From NCBI GenBank assembly GCA_035260365.1, contig DATFVJ010000265.1, positions 1 through 37,640 of the forward strand: a DNA stretch of 37,640 nt. Reading direction: 5' to 3'. The number at the start of each line of letters is the position of its first letter. Within the stretch, counting starts at the first letter, position 1. The notes below the pieces were generated by a model, which was not told the origin of the DNA, did no database searches, and was given only the letters and a program-made list of their open reading frames with translations. The position numbers were made by a program, and so were the translations under genes. Positions 1-11,825 of the stretch are shown here, one piece after another. The stretch comes from Streptosporangiaceae bacterium. Lineage in GTDB: Bacteria > Actinomycetota > Actinomycetes > Streptosporangiales > Streptosporangiaceae.

Positions 1-2055
1 TACCGCCTCGCGCAGCCCGGGTGGGATCGTAGCTGTCGATCTCCACTTGCCAGCCTTGTCCGGCCCGGCAGGTGGGCATCGTGAAGCCGAGCTGTTCCCA
101 CCAGGCGTTGACCAGGACGAGGAAGTCGTCGTCGATCAGTGGTGAGCCATCCGCGGCCCGGTCGGGCGCGTCGGAGCCGTCGAGATAGATGGCCACGGCG
201 CGAGCGCCGCTGTCGGACCAGTCGGCTGCGGTCATCGGGGTACCCGCGGGCGTGAACCAGGCGAGTTCGGAGGCATCAGCGCCGGCCAGGAACCGCCGCC
301 GGCGAAACACCGGGTGGGCCCTGCGGAACGCCACCAGGTCCCTGGTGAACGCGAGGAGCGTCTCGTCGGCCGCGGACCAGTCGAACCAGGAGATCTCGTT
401 GTCCTGGCAGTAAGCGTTGTTGTTGCCCTGCTGGGTGCGGCCGATCTCGTCGCCGCCCAGCATCATCGGGATCCCGAAGGACAGCAGCAAGGTGGTCAGC
501 ATCGCACGGGACTGGCGCGCCCGCAGAGCCAGCACGTCGGCGTCCTGCGTCGGGCCCTCCACGCCGCAGTTCCACGACCGGTTGTCGTCGGTGCCGTCGT
601 GGTTGGACTCGCCGTTGGCCTCGTTGTGCTTGTCGTCATAGGACACAAGGTCACGGAGGGTGAAACCGTCGTGGACGGTGATCAGGTTCACCGAGGCGGT
701 CGGGCGGCGGCGCGCGCGGCCGTACATGTCGGACGATCCGCTGAACCGTGACGCGAAGTCGCCGAGGCAGGCCGGGTGGCTGCGCCAGAAGTCGCGCATG
801 GTGTCGCGGTACTTGCCGTTCCACTCGCGCCACAGCGATGGGAACCCGCCGAGCTCGTAACTGTCCATCTGGCCGACGTCCCACGGTTCCGCGACCAGCT
901 TCGCGCGCGACACCACCGGATCCTGCGAGACCAGGTCGAGGAACGCCGACCGCTGGTCGAACGCGCCCTCCTGGCGCGCCAGCGTCGGCGCGAGGTCGAA
1001 GCGGAACCCGTCGACCCGCATCTCGGTCAGCCAGTAGCGCAGCGAATCCATGATCAGCTGCAGTGTCACCGCGTCACCGACGTTGAGCGAGTTGCCCGTC
1101 CCCGTGGTGTCGACGTAGTACCGCTGATCCTCGGGATCGAGCCGGTAGTAGCCGGGATTGTCCAGGCCGCGGTAACACAGCGTCGGGCCGAGCTGGTTGC
1201 CTTCGGCCGTGTGGTTGAAGACGACGTCGAGCAGCACCTCGAGCCCGGCGCCGTGCAACGCGTCGACCATGGCCTTGAACTCGGCGACCTGGCCGCCGGG
1301 GTGCCCGCCCCTGACCGCGGCCGAATATCCCTGATGCGGCGCGAAGTACCCGATGGTGTTGTAACCCCAGTAGTTCGTCAGCCCGCGCTGGCGCAGGAAG
1401 TCCTCGGGCACGCTCTCGTGCACCGGCAGCAGTTCGACAGTGGTCACCCCAAGATCGAGCAGATGGGCGGTCGCCGCCGCGTGCCCGAGCCCGGCGTAGG
1501 TACCGCGCAGCTCGGGCGGCACCCCCGGGTGCCGCATCGTGAAGCCCTTGACGTGCACCTCGTAGATCACCGTGTCCGCGTAGCGGTACGCGGGCCGCGA
1601 CCGGCCGCTCCACGTGTATCCGTCGTCGACGACGAGGCTGCGCGGCACGTGCGCGGCCGAGTCGAGCGTGCTCGGCGCGTCCGGGCTGCCGGCCGCGTAG
1701 CCGAGCACCTCGGGCCCGAAGGTCACCGCGCCGGCGACCGCGCGGGCGTAGGGGTCGAGCAGCAGCTTCGCCGCGTTGAAGCGCAAACCCGAACCCGGAT
1801 CATAACGGCCTGCGGCGCGGTACCCGTACGCCTGCCCAGCGCCCACGCCTGGTACGAAACCGTGCCACACGCCGTCGTCGTAGTCCCGCAGCGGGACCTG
1901 GGTCACCGCGCCGTCGCCGTCGAACAGGCACACCAGCATGGCGTCGGCGGCCGTGGCGGCGACGGCGAAGTTCGTCCCGCCGTCCCGCACGGTCGCGCCG
2001 AGCGGGAACTGGTTTCCCGGGAGCGCTTGGCCGGTCCGCACATCACTGGTGACGG

Positions 2056-2059
<4 letters not shown>
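1..2059 (-). CDS. glgX: Glycogen debranching enzyme GlgX (GH13 isoamylase type); the C-terminal end runs off the window
   Basis: The gene is absent from the ORF track because it is open to the window edge. My translation of the minus strand from GTG at 2059 gives VTVTSDVRTGQALPGNQFPLGATVRDGGTNFAV...VIYEVHVKGFTMRHPGVPPELRGTYAGLGH...VELLPVHE...NYWGYNTIGYFAPH...VNLITVHDGFTLRDLVSYDDKHNEANGE...GIPMMLGGDEIGRTQQGNNNAYCQDNEISWFDW. These are the canonical GlgX conserved blocks. The GTG start overlaps the upstream gene's TGA stop as GTGA at 2056-2059. Confidence 0.93.
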
Positions 2060-4797
<2,738 letters not shown>

Positions 4798-4950
4798 CGC
4801 TGTTCCCCTGAATGTCGTTGCGTCGCTGGCTGTCGCTGCTCATTGGCACCTACCCCCGGTGCCAGCGAAATCATCCTCCTGGCCTTGCGCCGGCGGTACC
4901 ACCGCGTGGACGCAGCGGCAGATAGGTGCATGTCGTGGGCCTTGCGCTTG

Positions 4951-5025
4951 GATGCCGGTCACGCTGGGAAGCCGTGTCATGGGATGCGGGGTAACGGGAT
5001 GCCGGGTCATGGGGTGCCGGGTCAA
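4951..5025. repeat. Tandem repeat, 15 bp x 5 (consensus GGGRTGCCGGGTCAT)
   Basis: The units read gatgccggtcacgct / gggaagccgtgtcat / gggatgcggggtaac / gggatgccgggtcat / ggggtgccgggtcaa. The array lies in the divergent intergenic region between the GH63 start (4797, minus) and the MIP gene (plus). Confidence 0.85.
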
Positions 5026-5133
5026 CTGTCAGTCCGGGCACGCTGGCGGCGCGTCACCCAGGAAGGGTGATCCACCGCGGGCCGCACTCGCGCATAGTTC
5101 AGCGTGTACCAGGCCGGAACGGGGGACAGTGCG

Positions 5134-5934
5134 ATGGCTGAGGCCACAGGCCAGATGGATCAGGAGCACGCCGACGCTCTGCGCCGCCGCTACCTCATCC
5201 GGTTCGAGGAGGACACGCTCAGGCAGCGGCCCCTGTGGATCCGCGTGATCATCGAGTTCATCGGCACGTTCGTCCTGGTGACCGTGGCCGCGGGCGCTGG
5301 CGTGATCAACCACTACGCCGGCGGCGGCCCGATCAGCCGGGCGGCCGCGGTGATCGCGCCCGGCGCGGCCGTGATGGCCATGATCTATGCGTGGGGCCCG
5401 CTGTCCGGGCTGCACATCAACCCCGCCGTCACCTTCGCGTTCGCGAGCCGCCGGGTGTTCCCGCTGCCGTGGGTGCTGCCGTACCTGGTGGCACAGCTGG
5501 CCGGCGCCATTGGGGCCGCGCTTTTCCTTCAGCTCATGTTCGGCGACGTCACCCAGGGCGGCAACTACCCCATCGCCAAGCCGGGCGGCGACTGGCGGTC
5601 ATTCGTGATGGAGATGGTTCTCACGGCAATGCTGGTGAGCATCATCCTCAACACGGCGACGGGGCACCGGAGCATCGGCCACAACGCCGCCATCGCCGTC
5701 GGCTCGACGGTCGCGCTGCTCGGCCTGTTCGCCAGCCCGATCAGCGGCGCGTCGATGAACCCGGCCCGCACGCTCGGGCCCGACATCGTCGGCCACGACT
5801 ACACGGGCTGGTGGGTCTACATCGCAGGCCCGGTGGCCGGCGCCGCCATCGCCGTGATGATCATTATGCTGGTGCGGGGCATCCCGGACAAGCAGGAGCA
5901 GGAGGCCGCGGAGGGCGGCGAGCTGCCCGGTTAG
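5134..5934 (+). CDS. MIP-family channel (aquaporin/glycerol-facilitator-like)
   Basis: Two NPA boxes are present (GLHINPAVTFAF and GASMNPARTLGP) within a six-TM-like hydrophobic pattern. The ORF track starts at GTG 5104. I prefer ATG 5134 because it is preceded by GGGGGA at an SD-like distance. Confidence 0.9.
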   Translation: MAEATGQMDQEHADALRRRYLIRFEEDTLRQRPLWIRVIIEFIGTFVLVTVAAGAGVINHYAGGGPISRAAAVIAPGAAVMAMIYAWGPLSGLHINPAVTFAFASRRVFPLPWVLPYLVAQLAGAIGAALFLQLMFGDVTQGGNYPIAKPGGDWRSFVMEMVLTAMLVSIILNTATGHRSIGHNAAIAVGSTVALLGLFASPISGASMNPARTLGPDIVGHDYTGWWVYIAGPVAGAAIAVMIIMLVRGIPDKQEQEAAEGGELPG

Positions 5935-5940
5935 GGCTCC

Positions 5941-7473
5941 TTAGATGTCGCGCTCGGCCTTGATCCGCCCGGACGCGGCGGCCGCTTCGAGCGCGGCGTG
6001 GTCGCGCTCGTTCTGGTCCGCGTAGGCGCCGGAGAACGCCGCGATCGCGCGGTCGAAGGCGTCACCGCCGCCGAGGTAGGCGGCGATGGCGATCCGGTCG
6101 CCGGACCGGGCGTGCGCCCGCGCCAGCGTCCACCCGCACAGCTCGCCATACAGCCGCAGGCCGTTAGGGATCATGCTGTCGACGTCGACTGAGAACTTCC
6201 AGTCGCGCAGCTGACGGACATAGAAGTCCCGCTGCCGCCCGTCGAGCCCGGCTTCAGTCCGCTGCCAGCCGAGGAAGATGTCGCTCGACGCCTGCATGAG
6301 CCGCTGGCCCGCGACGACCCGCTGGCCCTGGTTGGGGTACCTGCTGGCGCCGGCGAACGCGCTGAGCACGGACCGCTCCGCCTCCTTGACCTGGAGGAAC
6401 AGCGGATCGGAGTCGTCACGGCCGAACATGAGGACGATCCAGCACCGCGTGCCCACGCTGCCGACCCCGACGACCTTTCTGGCCATGTCCGCGAACTGGA
6501 ACTGCGCGAACAGGTAGCGGCGATCCGTTTCCAGCGTGCGCTGGTACTTCCCGATGAGCTCGCCCAGCTGCTCCTCCAGACCGGCCGCGTCCGCCTGGTC
6601 GGGCAGCAGGTCGGCGATCGGCACGAGCAGCGGCGGGTCGGCGATGATGCGCGGCCGGCCGTCGACCACGTGGCACAGCTTGTCGAACGCCTGCAGGCTG
6701 TCGCGCGTCCTGGCCTTGGCCATGCCCTTGGCGACGACCTTGCGCTGCCGCGTGTCGAGCATGGACCCGAACTGCGCCTGCATCTCGTCAAGTTCCGCGT
6801 GCGCGTACCAGACGTCGAGTTCGCGCATCCCGGCGAAGCCCCGCATCGCCGTCCGGTAGCGGGCGACGGAAGCCATCAGGATCTCGCGGCGCTGCTTGGC
6901 GGAGAAGCCGTTGCCCCGCGCCGCCACCTCGAGGCTCGCCGCCAGCCGCTTGACGTCCCATTCCCACGGCCCGGGGAGTGTCTCGTCGAAGTCGTTGACG
7001 TCGAACACCAGCCTGCGTTCGGGTGAGGCGTAGACGCCGAAGTTGGCCAGGTGGGCGTCACCGCACGCCTGCACGGTCAGGCCCGACACCGGGGTCGTGG
7101 CCAGATCGCTCGCCATGGGCAGGGCGGCGCCGCGGTAGTACGTGAACGGTGACACGAGCATCCGCCCGTACCGGACGGGAACCAGCTCGGGCAGCCGCGA
7201 CACCGCCTGCTGTTCCAGCAGGCTGACCGGGTCCGGGCGGTTCGCGGGCGGGTCGAACACCGCGTGCGCCTCGCGGGGCACGCTGGCGCGCGCCGCCTTG
7301 CCGCGGGCGGCTCGCTCCGCCGGTGTCAGGTGCGCGGGTGCCGCGTCGAGCCGTGATCGCTGGACCGGCCCCGGCGCGGCGTCAGGCCCGGATCGTTTCG
7401 CGGGCTGGCCCGTCGCTTGCCGTGCACGCCTCGTTTGCGCTTTGGTCTCTACCACGACACCACGATGCCGCAT
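5941..7473 (-). CDS. DUF2252 family protein
   Basis: The block VPVRYGRMLVSPFTYYRGAALPMASDLATTPVSGLTVQACGDAHLANFGVYASPERRLVFDVNDFDETLPGPWEWDVKRLAASLEVAAR is the DUF2252 signature as I recall it. The track ORF (to 7815) overlaps the EamA gene, so I trimmed it to ATG 7473 (MRHRGVVVETKAQ...). Confidence 0.8.
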   Translation of the reverse strand: MRHRGVVVETKAQTRRARQATGQPAKRSGPDAAPGPVQRSRLDAAPAHLTPAERAARGKAARASVPREAHAVFDPPANRPDPVSLLEQQAVSRLPELVPVRYGRMLVSPFTYYRGAALPMASDLATTPVSGLTVQACGDAHLANFGVYASPERRLVFDVNDFDETLPGPWEWDVKRLAASLEVAARGNGFSAKQRREILMASVARYRTAMRGFAGMRELDVWYAHAELDEMQAQFGSMLDTRQRKVVAKGMAKARTRDSLQAFDKLCHVVDGRPRIIADPPLLVPIADLLPDQADAAGLEEQLGELIGKYQRTLETDRRYLFAQFQFADMARKVVGVGSVGTRCWIVLMFGRDDSDPLFLQVKEAERSVLSAFAGASRYPNQGQRVVAGQRLMQASSDIFLGWQRTEAGLDGRQRDFYVRQLRDWKFSVDVDSMIPNGLRLYGELCGWTLARAHARSGDRIAIAAYLGGGDAFDRAIAAFSGAYADQNERDHAALEAAAASGRIKAERDI

Positions 7474-7490
7474 TCGGCGGCCGCCGCGCG

Positions 7491-8525
7491 TCACCCATCG
7501 TGGGTGACGCCGCCCGCCGCCGCCCCGGTGCGCGCGCCTGCTCCTCCGGTGCGCGCGCTTGACGTCCCGGTGCGCGCGCTTGACCGGAGGATGAGCGCGA
7601 CCGCGGCGACGATGATCGCTCCGGCGGCGATGGTCTGCACGGTGGGGCGCTCGCCGAGCAGCGGCCAGCCGATCAGCACCGCAATGATCGGGTTCACGTA
7701 CGCGTAGGTCGAGGTGGTCGACGTGGGCAGCGCCCGCAGAGCGTAGATGTACGCGGTCAGTGCCACGATGGATCCGGGGACGGCAAGCCAGCCGAGCGCT
7801 GCCACGGTGGCCCACGACAGCCGGCCGGCGTCAAGCCGGGCCCACTCGCCGCTGACGGTGGCGGCGCCGAGCAGGACCAGGCCGCCCGCGAACATCTGCA
7901 TGGCGGTGCCGAGAAACGCCTGCCGCGGCTGCGGCGCTTTTTTGCTGTACAGCGATCCGGCCGCCCACGAAACCGACGCGGTGAGCACGATCGCGACGTC
8001 GAGCGGGTTCAGCCGCTGCGCCGCGGTCGGGTGGACGAGCATGGCCACACCGGCCAGCCCGAGCTCCAGCCCCGCCGCGACCATTGGCCGGATCATCGCG
8101 CGGCGGCCGAGCGCGTCGAACACGACGAGCCACAGCGGCACCGTGGCCACGAGCAGCGCCGCGATCCCGGCCCCCAGCCGTTGCTCGCCGACCGACACCA
8201 GGCCGTTGCCGCCGAACAGCATGAGCGCCCCGACGACCGCGGCGCCCCGCCAGTTAGCGCGGGTGAACCGCCGCTCGCCCGGCTGCTGGCCGCGCACCGC
8301 GATCGGGAACAAGATCGCGGCGGCGATCAGGTAGCGGGTCCCCGCGAAGATCAGCGGCGGCATGTCCCGCACACCGATCCTGATCGCGTCGTAGGTCGAG
8401 CCCCACAGGAACCAGACGGCGATCAGCGCGGCCCAGCCGAGCGCTCTGCTCGTCGCGGCGCGAGGCGTGCCAGGTCGTGGGGTTCCGGTGGACCGCTGGA
8501 CGTCGACCAGCTTGATATCGCTCAC
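7491..8525 (-). CDS. EamA/DMT-family transporter
   Basis: About ten hydrophobic helices form two EamA-like halves (ALIAVWFLWGSTYDAIRIGV..., SWAAGSLYSKK...). I trimmed the start to GTG 8525 (VSDIKLVDV...), which leaves a 147-bp divergent region to the GlxA gene. The choice of start is uncertain. Confidence 0.8.
   Translation of the reverse strand: MSDIKLVDVQRSTGTPRPGTPRAATSRALGWAALIAVWFLWGSTYDAIRIGVRDMPPLIFAGTRYLIAAAILFPIAVRGQQPGERRFTRANWRGAAVVGALMLFGGNGLVSVGEQRLGAGIAALLVATVPLWLVVFDALGRRAMIRPMVAAGLELGLAGVAMLVHPTAAQRLNPLDVAIVLTASVSWAAGSLYSKKAPQPRQAFLGTAMQMFAGGLVLLGAATVSGEWARLDAGRLSWATVAALGWLAVPGSIVALTAYIYALRALPTSTTSTYAYVNPIIAVLIGWPLLGERPTVQTIAAGAIIVAAVALILRSSARTGTSSARTGGAGARTGAAAGGVTHDG
7525..7584. 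repeat. Tandem repeat, 21 bp x about 2.9 (CCGGTGCGCGCGCTTGACGTC)
   Basis: The units read ccggtgcgcgcgcctgctcct / ccggtgcgcgcgcttgacgtc / ccggtgcgcgcgcttgac. The array is in frame in the EamA C-terminal tail, giving SSARTG-type heptads. Confidence 0.85.
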
Positions 8526-8672
8526 GGCAGTCAAGCCTGCGGGCCGCGACGGCGGATTGCTGGCAGGAACCGGACATGTGGTCCCGCGGTGCGTCGTCGC
8601 ATGACACCAGCCTTCGGCATGTGCGGAGGTAGCGAAAGTGACTGGAACGACATCATGCGCTAAATTCCAGCC

Positions 8673-9680
8673 ATGCACACGGTTGCGATCGTCGTCTGGG
8701 ACGATGTCGAGGTATTCGAGTTGGCCCCCGCGTGCGAGGTCTTCGGGGTCGATCGCCCCGAACTCGTCTCGCCCTGGTACCGGATGGTGCTGTGCGCCGC
8801 CCGGCCCGGGCCGGTGCCGATCTCACCCGGCCTGTCGGTGCCCGCACCGCACGGCCTCGACGCCGCGGTCGGCGCGGACACGGTGATCGTCCCGGCCGGC
8901 GCGAACGTGCCGCCGGGCGTTCCTGAGCCGCTGCTTCGCGCGCTGCGCGAGGCGCACGCGCGTGGCGCGCGCATCGCCTCCATCTGCACGGGCGCCTTCG
9001 TCCTGGCCGAGGCGGGCCTGCTCGACGGCCGCCGCGCCACGACCCACTGGATGCACGCGGCGGAGCTCGCCCGGCGTTACCCGCGGGTCCTGGTCGACCC
9101 GAGCGTGCTCTACGCCGACGAGGGGGACATCCTGACCTCCGCGGGTTCCGCCGCCGGGATCGACCTGTGCCTGCATCTCGTCCGCAAGGACCACGGCACG
9201 CGCGTGGCCAACGCGCTCGCCCGCCGCATCGTCGTCCCGCCGCACCGCGACGGCGGGCAGGCGCAGTACGTCGACCAGCCGGTGACCTGCGGCGACGAAC
9301 CGGGCCTTGGCGCGGTGCTCGACTGGGCCCGCGCGCGCCTCGGCCGGCCCATCGAGGTCGCCGATCTCGCCCGCCAGGCCGGAGTCAGCCCGCGCACGTT
9401 CACCCGCCACCTGCACGCGGCGACGGGCACGAGCCCGCTGCAATGGCTGCTGCACGAACGGATCCGCATGGCGCAGCAATTGCTCGAGAGCACGTCGGAG
9501 CCGGTCGAGGAGATAGCGCGCAAGTGCGGCTTCGGCGTCGCGTCGGGGATGCGGCGTCACTTCGCCAGGGTCGCGGGTGTGTCACCGCAGGCATATCGCA
9601 AAACTTTCCATAACGGCTCCGCGGATGCGGAGTCCATTGATGCGGGGTCGTCCCACCGGGGCATGAGGCGGCCGGGGTGA
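8673..9680 (+). CDS. GlxA-family transcriptional regulator (DJ-1/PfpI domain + AraC HTH)
   Basis: It has an N-terminal DJ-1/PfpI-like domain with a nucleophile-elbow Cys (ASICTGAFVLAEAGLLDGRRATTHW). The C-terminal AraC-type double HTH reads LARQAGVSPRTFTRHLHAATGTSPLQWLLHERI...IARKCGFGVASGMRRHFARVAGVSPQAYRK. Confidence 0.9.
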   Translation: MHTVAIVVWDDVEVFELAPACEVFGVDRPELVSPWYRMVLCAARPGPVPISPGLSVPAPHGLDAAVGADTVIVPAGANVPPGVPEPLLRALREAHARGARIASICTGAFVLAEAGLLDGRRATTHWMHAAELARRYPRVLVDPSVLYADEGDILTSAGSAAGIDLCLHLVRKDHGTRVANALARRIVVPPHRDGGQAQYVDQPVTCGDEPGLGAVLDWARARLGRPIEVADLARQAGVSPRTFTRHLHAATGTSPLQWLLHERIRMAQQLLESTSEPVEEIARKCGFGVASGMRRHFARVAGVSPQAYRKTFHNGSADAESIDAGSSHRGMRRPG

Positions 9681-10240
9681 GCCACGACGGATCCGGCGGC
9701 CCCGCGATCAGGCGGTTGTCGTCGCGGGTGGTCTACGAGAACCCGTGGATGATCGTCCGCGAGGACGAGATCGAACGGCCGGACGGGTCGCGCGGCATCT
9801 TCGGCGTGATCGACAAGCCGGACTTCGCGCTCGTCGTGCCCGCCGAGGACGGCGGATTCCACCTGGTCGAGGAGTACCGTTACCCGATCGGGCGGCGCAC
9901 CTGGAGTTTCCCCCAGGGCACGGTGCCTGGCCGCGCGCAGGCCGATCCGGAGCGCCTGGCGCGCCGCGAGCTCGCGGAGGAGACCGGCCTGCGCGCGGGT
10001 GCGCTCACCCATCTCGGCTTCCTGCACTGCTCGCACGGCATGAGCAGGCAGGGCTGCAACGTCTATCTCGCCACCGACCTCAGCCACGGCCGGGCCGAGC
10101 GCGAGCACGAGGAACAGGACATGCGCCAGGCCTGGGTCGACAGGGACACGTTCGAGCGGATGGTCGCTGACGGCGTCATCACCGACGACGCGACCATGGC
10201 CGCCTACGCCCTGCTAATCATGCACGAGCGCGGCCACTAA
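9677..10240 (+). CDS. NUDIX hydrolase
   Basis: A Nudix-box core is present (RRELAEETGL) within ...WSFPQGTVPGRAQADPERLARRELAEETGLRAG. The GTG start overlaps the GlxA stop as GTGA at 9677-9680. Confidence 0.85.
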   Translation: MSHDGSGGPAIRRLSSRVVYENPWMIVREDEIERPDGSRGIFGVIDKPDFALVVPAEDGGFHLVEEYRYPIGRRTWSFPQGTVPGRAQADPERLARRELAEETGLRAGALTHLGFLHCSHGMSRQGCNVYLATDLSHGRAEREHEEQDMRQAWVDRDTFERMVADGVITDDATMAAYALLIMHERGH

Positions 10241-10289
10241 CCCCCGATGCGCCGCCCATCGTGCGACGCGTTCAGCCGCGACTCGGGGT

Positions 10290-10339
10290 GATCGATGGCC
10301 GGCAGGGCACCAGATCCGGGGCCCTGCCGGCCATCGATC
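10290..10339. terminator. Perfect 19-bp stem hairpin (likely a bidirectional intrinsic terminator)
   Basis: GATCGATGGCCGGCAGGGC (10290-10308) pairs with GCCCTGCCGGCCATCGATC (10321-10339) around a 12-nt loop. The hairpin lies 50 nt after the NUDIX stop. There is no clear U-tract, which is common in actinomycetes. Confidence 0.7.
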
Positions 10340-10412
10340 TTGAGGAGTCAGTCGGCCAGGCTGACCCGCACCATCGGCCACCGAACAGCACGTAACCCTT
10401 TGTATCCATATA

Positions 10413-10442
10413 TTGACTGATTCGTACCTTCGGGCTTAGGGT
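10413..10442 (+). promoter_or_regulatory. Sigma-70 (HrdB)-like promoter
   Basis: TTGACT (10413-10418), an 18-nt spacer and TAGGGT (10437-10442) sit in a locally AT-rich patch. This predicts a leader of about 125-130 nt before the ATG at 10575, which has the SD GGAGG. Confidence 0.5.
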
Positions 10443-10574
10443 CCGGATCATGCCACCACCAATCGTGGTGACGTGACCCCTGGGTGTCACCGCGCGGCAG
10501 CCGTTACGGATCCGGCTCGTCAACACCCGTGGCGCTGGTGATGCCCGATCGCTCGGCTCACTGGAGGAACACCG

Positions 10575-11738
10575 ATGACACCCCTCATCCCTGCCCCTCG
10601 GCGCGCAATCCGCGCCGGCCTCGTCTTATTCGCGTCACTCGCCGCGGTCGCCGCCGCGCTGGCGGGCGCGTCGGGCGCCTCGGCCGCGTCGGCCCGGCCG
10701 ACCGGGGCCGGCGCCGCCGCCGTGAACCCGTACTCACCCGCTGCCGGTCACGCCTACCGGCACGGCGTCGTGCCGACCGCCGGGGCCGCCGCCCGGATGC
10801 GCGCGTACGCGGCGGCTCACCCAGCCATCCGCCCGGCCAGGCGGTCGGCGAACCTCAGGTTCGGCGGCGGCATCGACGGAATCGGCGTGACCACCGGCGC
10901 CGAAAAGGTCTACCTCGTGTTCTACGGCTCACAGTGGGGCACGGTCGGCAGCTCGGGCGGCTACACGACGCTGTCGGGCGACCCGTCGGGTGCGGCGCCG
11001 TACGTACAGAAGCTGATCAACGGCCTGGGCACCAACGGCGAGCTCTGGTCGGGCGTTATGACCCAGTACTGCGAGGGTGTCGCCGTCGGCGCCACAAGCT
11101 GCCCGTCGACCGCCCCGCACGTCGCCTACCCGGCCGGCGCGCTCGCGGGCGTCTGGGTGGACGAGTCGACGGCGTCGCCGAGCCAGGCCACCGGGCATCA
11201 GCTCGGCGTGGAAGCGGTGAACGCCGCTGCCCACTTCGGCAACACCAGCGCCGCGGCCAACCGGGACGCACAGTATGTGATCCTGTCGCCGACGGGTACC
11301 CACCCGGACGGCTTCAACACGCCGTCCGGCCAGTTCTGCGCCTGGCACGACTACAACGGCGACACCACCCTGTCCGGCGGCGCCGTTTCCTCGCCGTACG
11401 GCGACATCGCGTTCACGAACAGCCCGTACGTCACCGACCTCGGCCCGAGCTGCGGGCAGAACTTCCTGAACCCCGGGTCGGCGGGAACCGATGACGGCGT
11501 CTCGATCGTCGAGGGCCACGAGTACGCGGAGACCATCACCGACCAGAACCCGCCGGGCGGCTGGACCGACTCGTTCGGCGCGGAGAACGGCGACAAGTGC
11601 GCCTGGATCACCCCGGGTACGACCGGCGGCGTGTTCAACCTGTCGGTTTCGACCGGCACCTTCGCCATGCAGACGACCTGGGCCAACGACGCCAACGGCG
11701 GCCGGGGTGGCTGCGAGGCCTCGCACCCGATCGTCTGA
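10575..11738 (+). CDS. Secreted protein of unknown function (signal peptide; HEYAE motif)
   Basis: The N-terminus has RR plus a hydrophobic core and an Ala-rich cleavage region (RRAIRAGLVLFASLAAVAAALAGASGASAASA). It has a good SD and high GC3. Conserved-looking blocks are KVYLVFYGSQWGT, CAWHDYNGD and VEGHEYAETITDQNPPGGWTD...GDKCAW. I cannot assign a family with confidence. Confidence 0.8.
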   Translation: MTPLIPAPRRAIRAGLVLFASLAAVAAALAGASGASAASARPTGAGAAAVNPYSPAAGHAYRHGVVPTAGAAARMRAYAAAHPAIRPARRSANLRFGGGIDGIGVTTGAEKVYLVFYGSQWGTVGSSGGYTTLSGDPSGAAPYVQKLINGLGTNGELWSGVMTQYCEGVAVGATSCPSTAPHVAYPAGALAGVWVDESTASPSQATGHQLGVEAVNAAAHFGNTSAAANRDAQYVILSPTGTHPDGFNTPSGQFCAWHDYNGDTTLSGGAVSSPYGDIAFTNSPYVTDLGPSCGQNFLNPGSAGTDDGVSIVEGHEYAETITDQNPPGGWTDSFGAENGDKCAWITPGTTGGVFNLSVSTGTFAMQTTWANDANGGRGGCEASHPIV

Positions 11739-11768
11739 CCCCGAGCGCGATCGCGCGCTGCGCCCGCG

Positions 11769-11807
11769 GCCGGCGAGCCCGCCCGGCCGCGGGCGGGCTC
11801 GGCCGGC
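11769..11807. terminator. GC-rich hairpin after the secreted-protein gene
   Basis: GCCGGCGAGCCCGCCCG (11769-11785) pairs with CGGGCGGGCTCGGCCGGC (11790-11807) around a 4-nt loop, with one bulged G. Confidence 0.6.
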
Positions 11808-11825
11808 CGCGTTACGGTCGTGCGT

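Noticed and set aside
4840-5025. A 61-aa minus-strand ORF encoding MTRHP-MTRHP-VTPHP-MTRLP repeats.
   Set aside because: The peptide repeat is simply the translation of the 15-bp DNA array in a divergent promoter region. There is no SD and no independent coding signal.
10272-10526. An 84-aa minus-strand ORF between the NUDIX and secreted-protein genes.
   Set aside because: It spans the terminator hairpin and the AT-rich promoter patch. It has no SD, poor codon bias and no motif.
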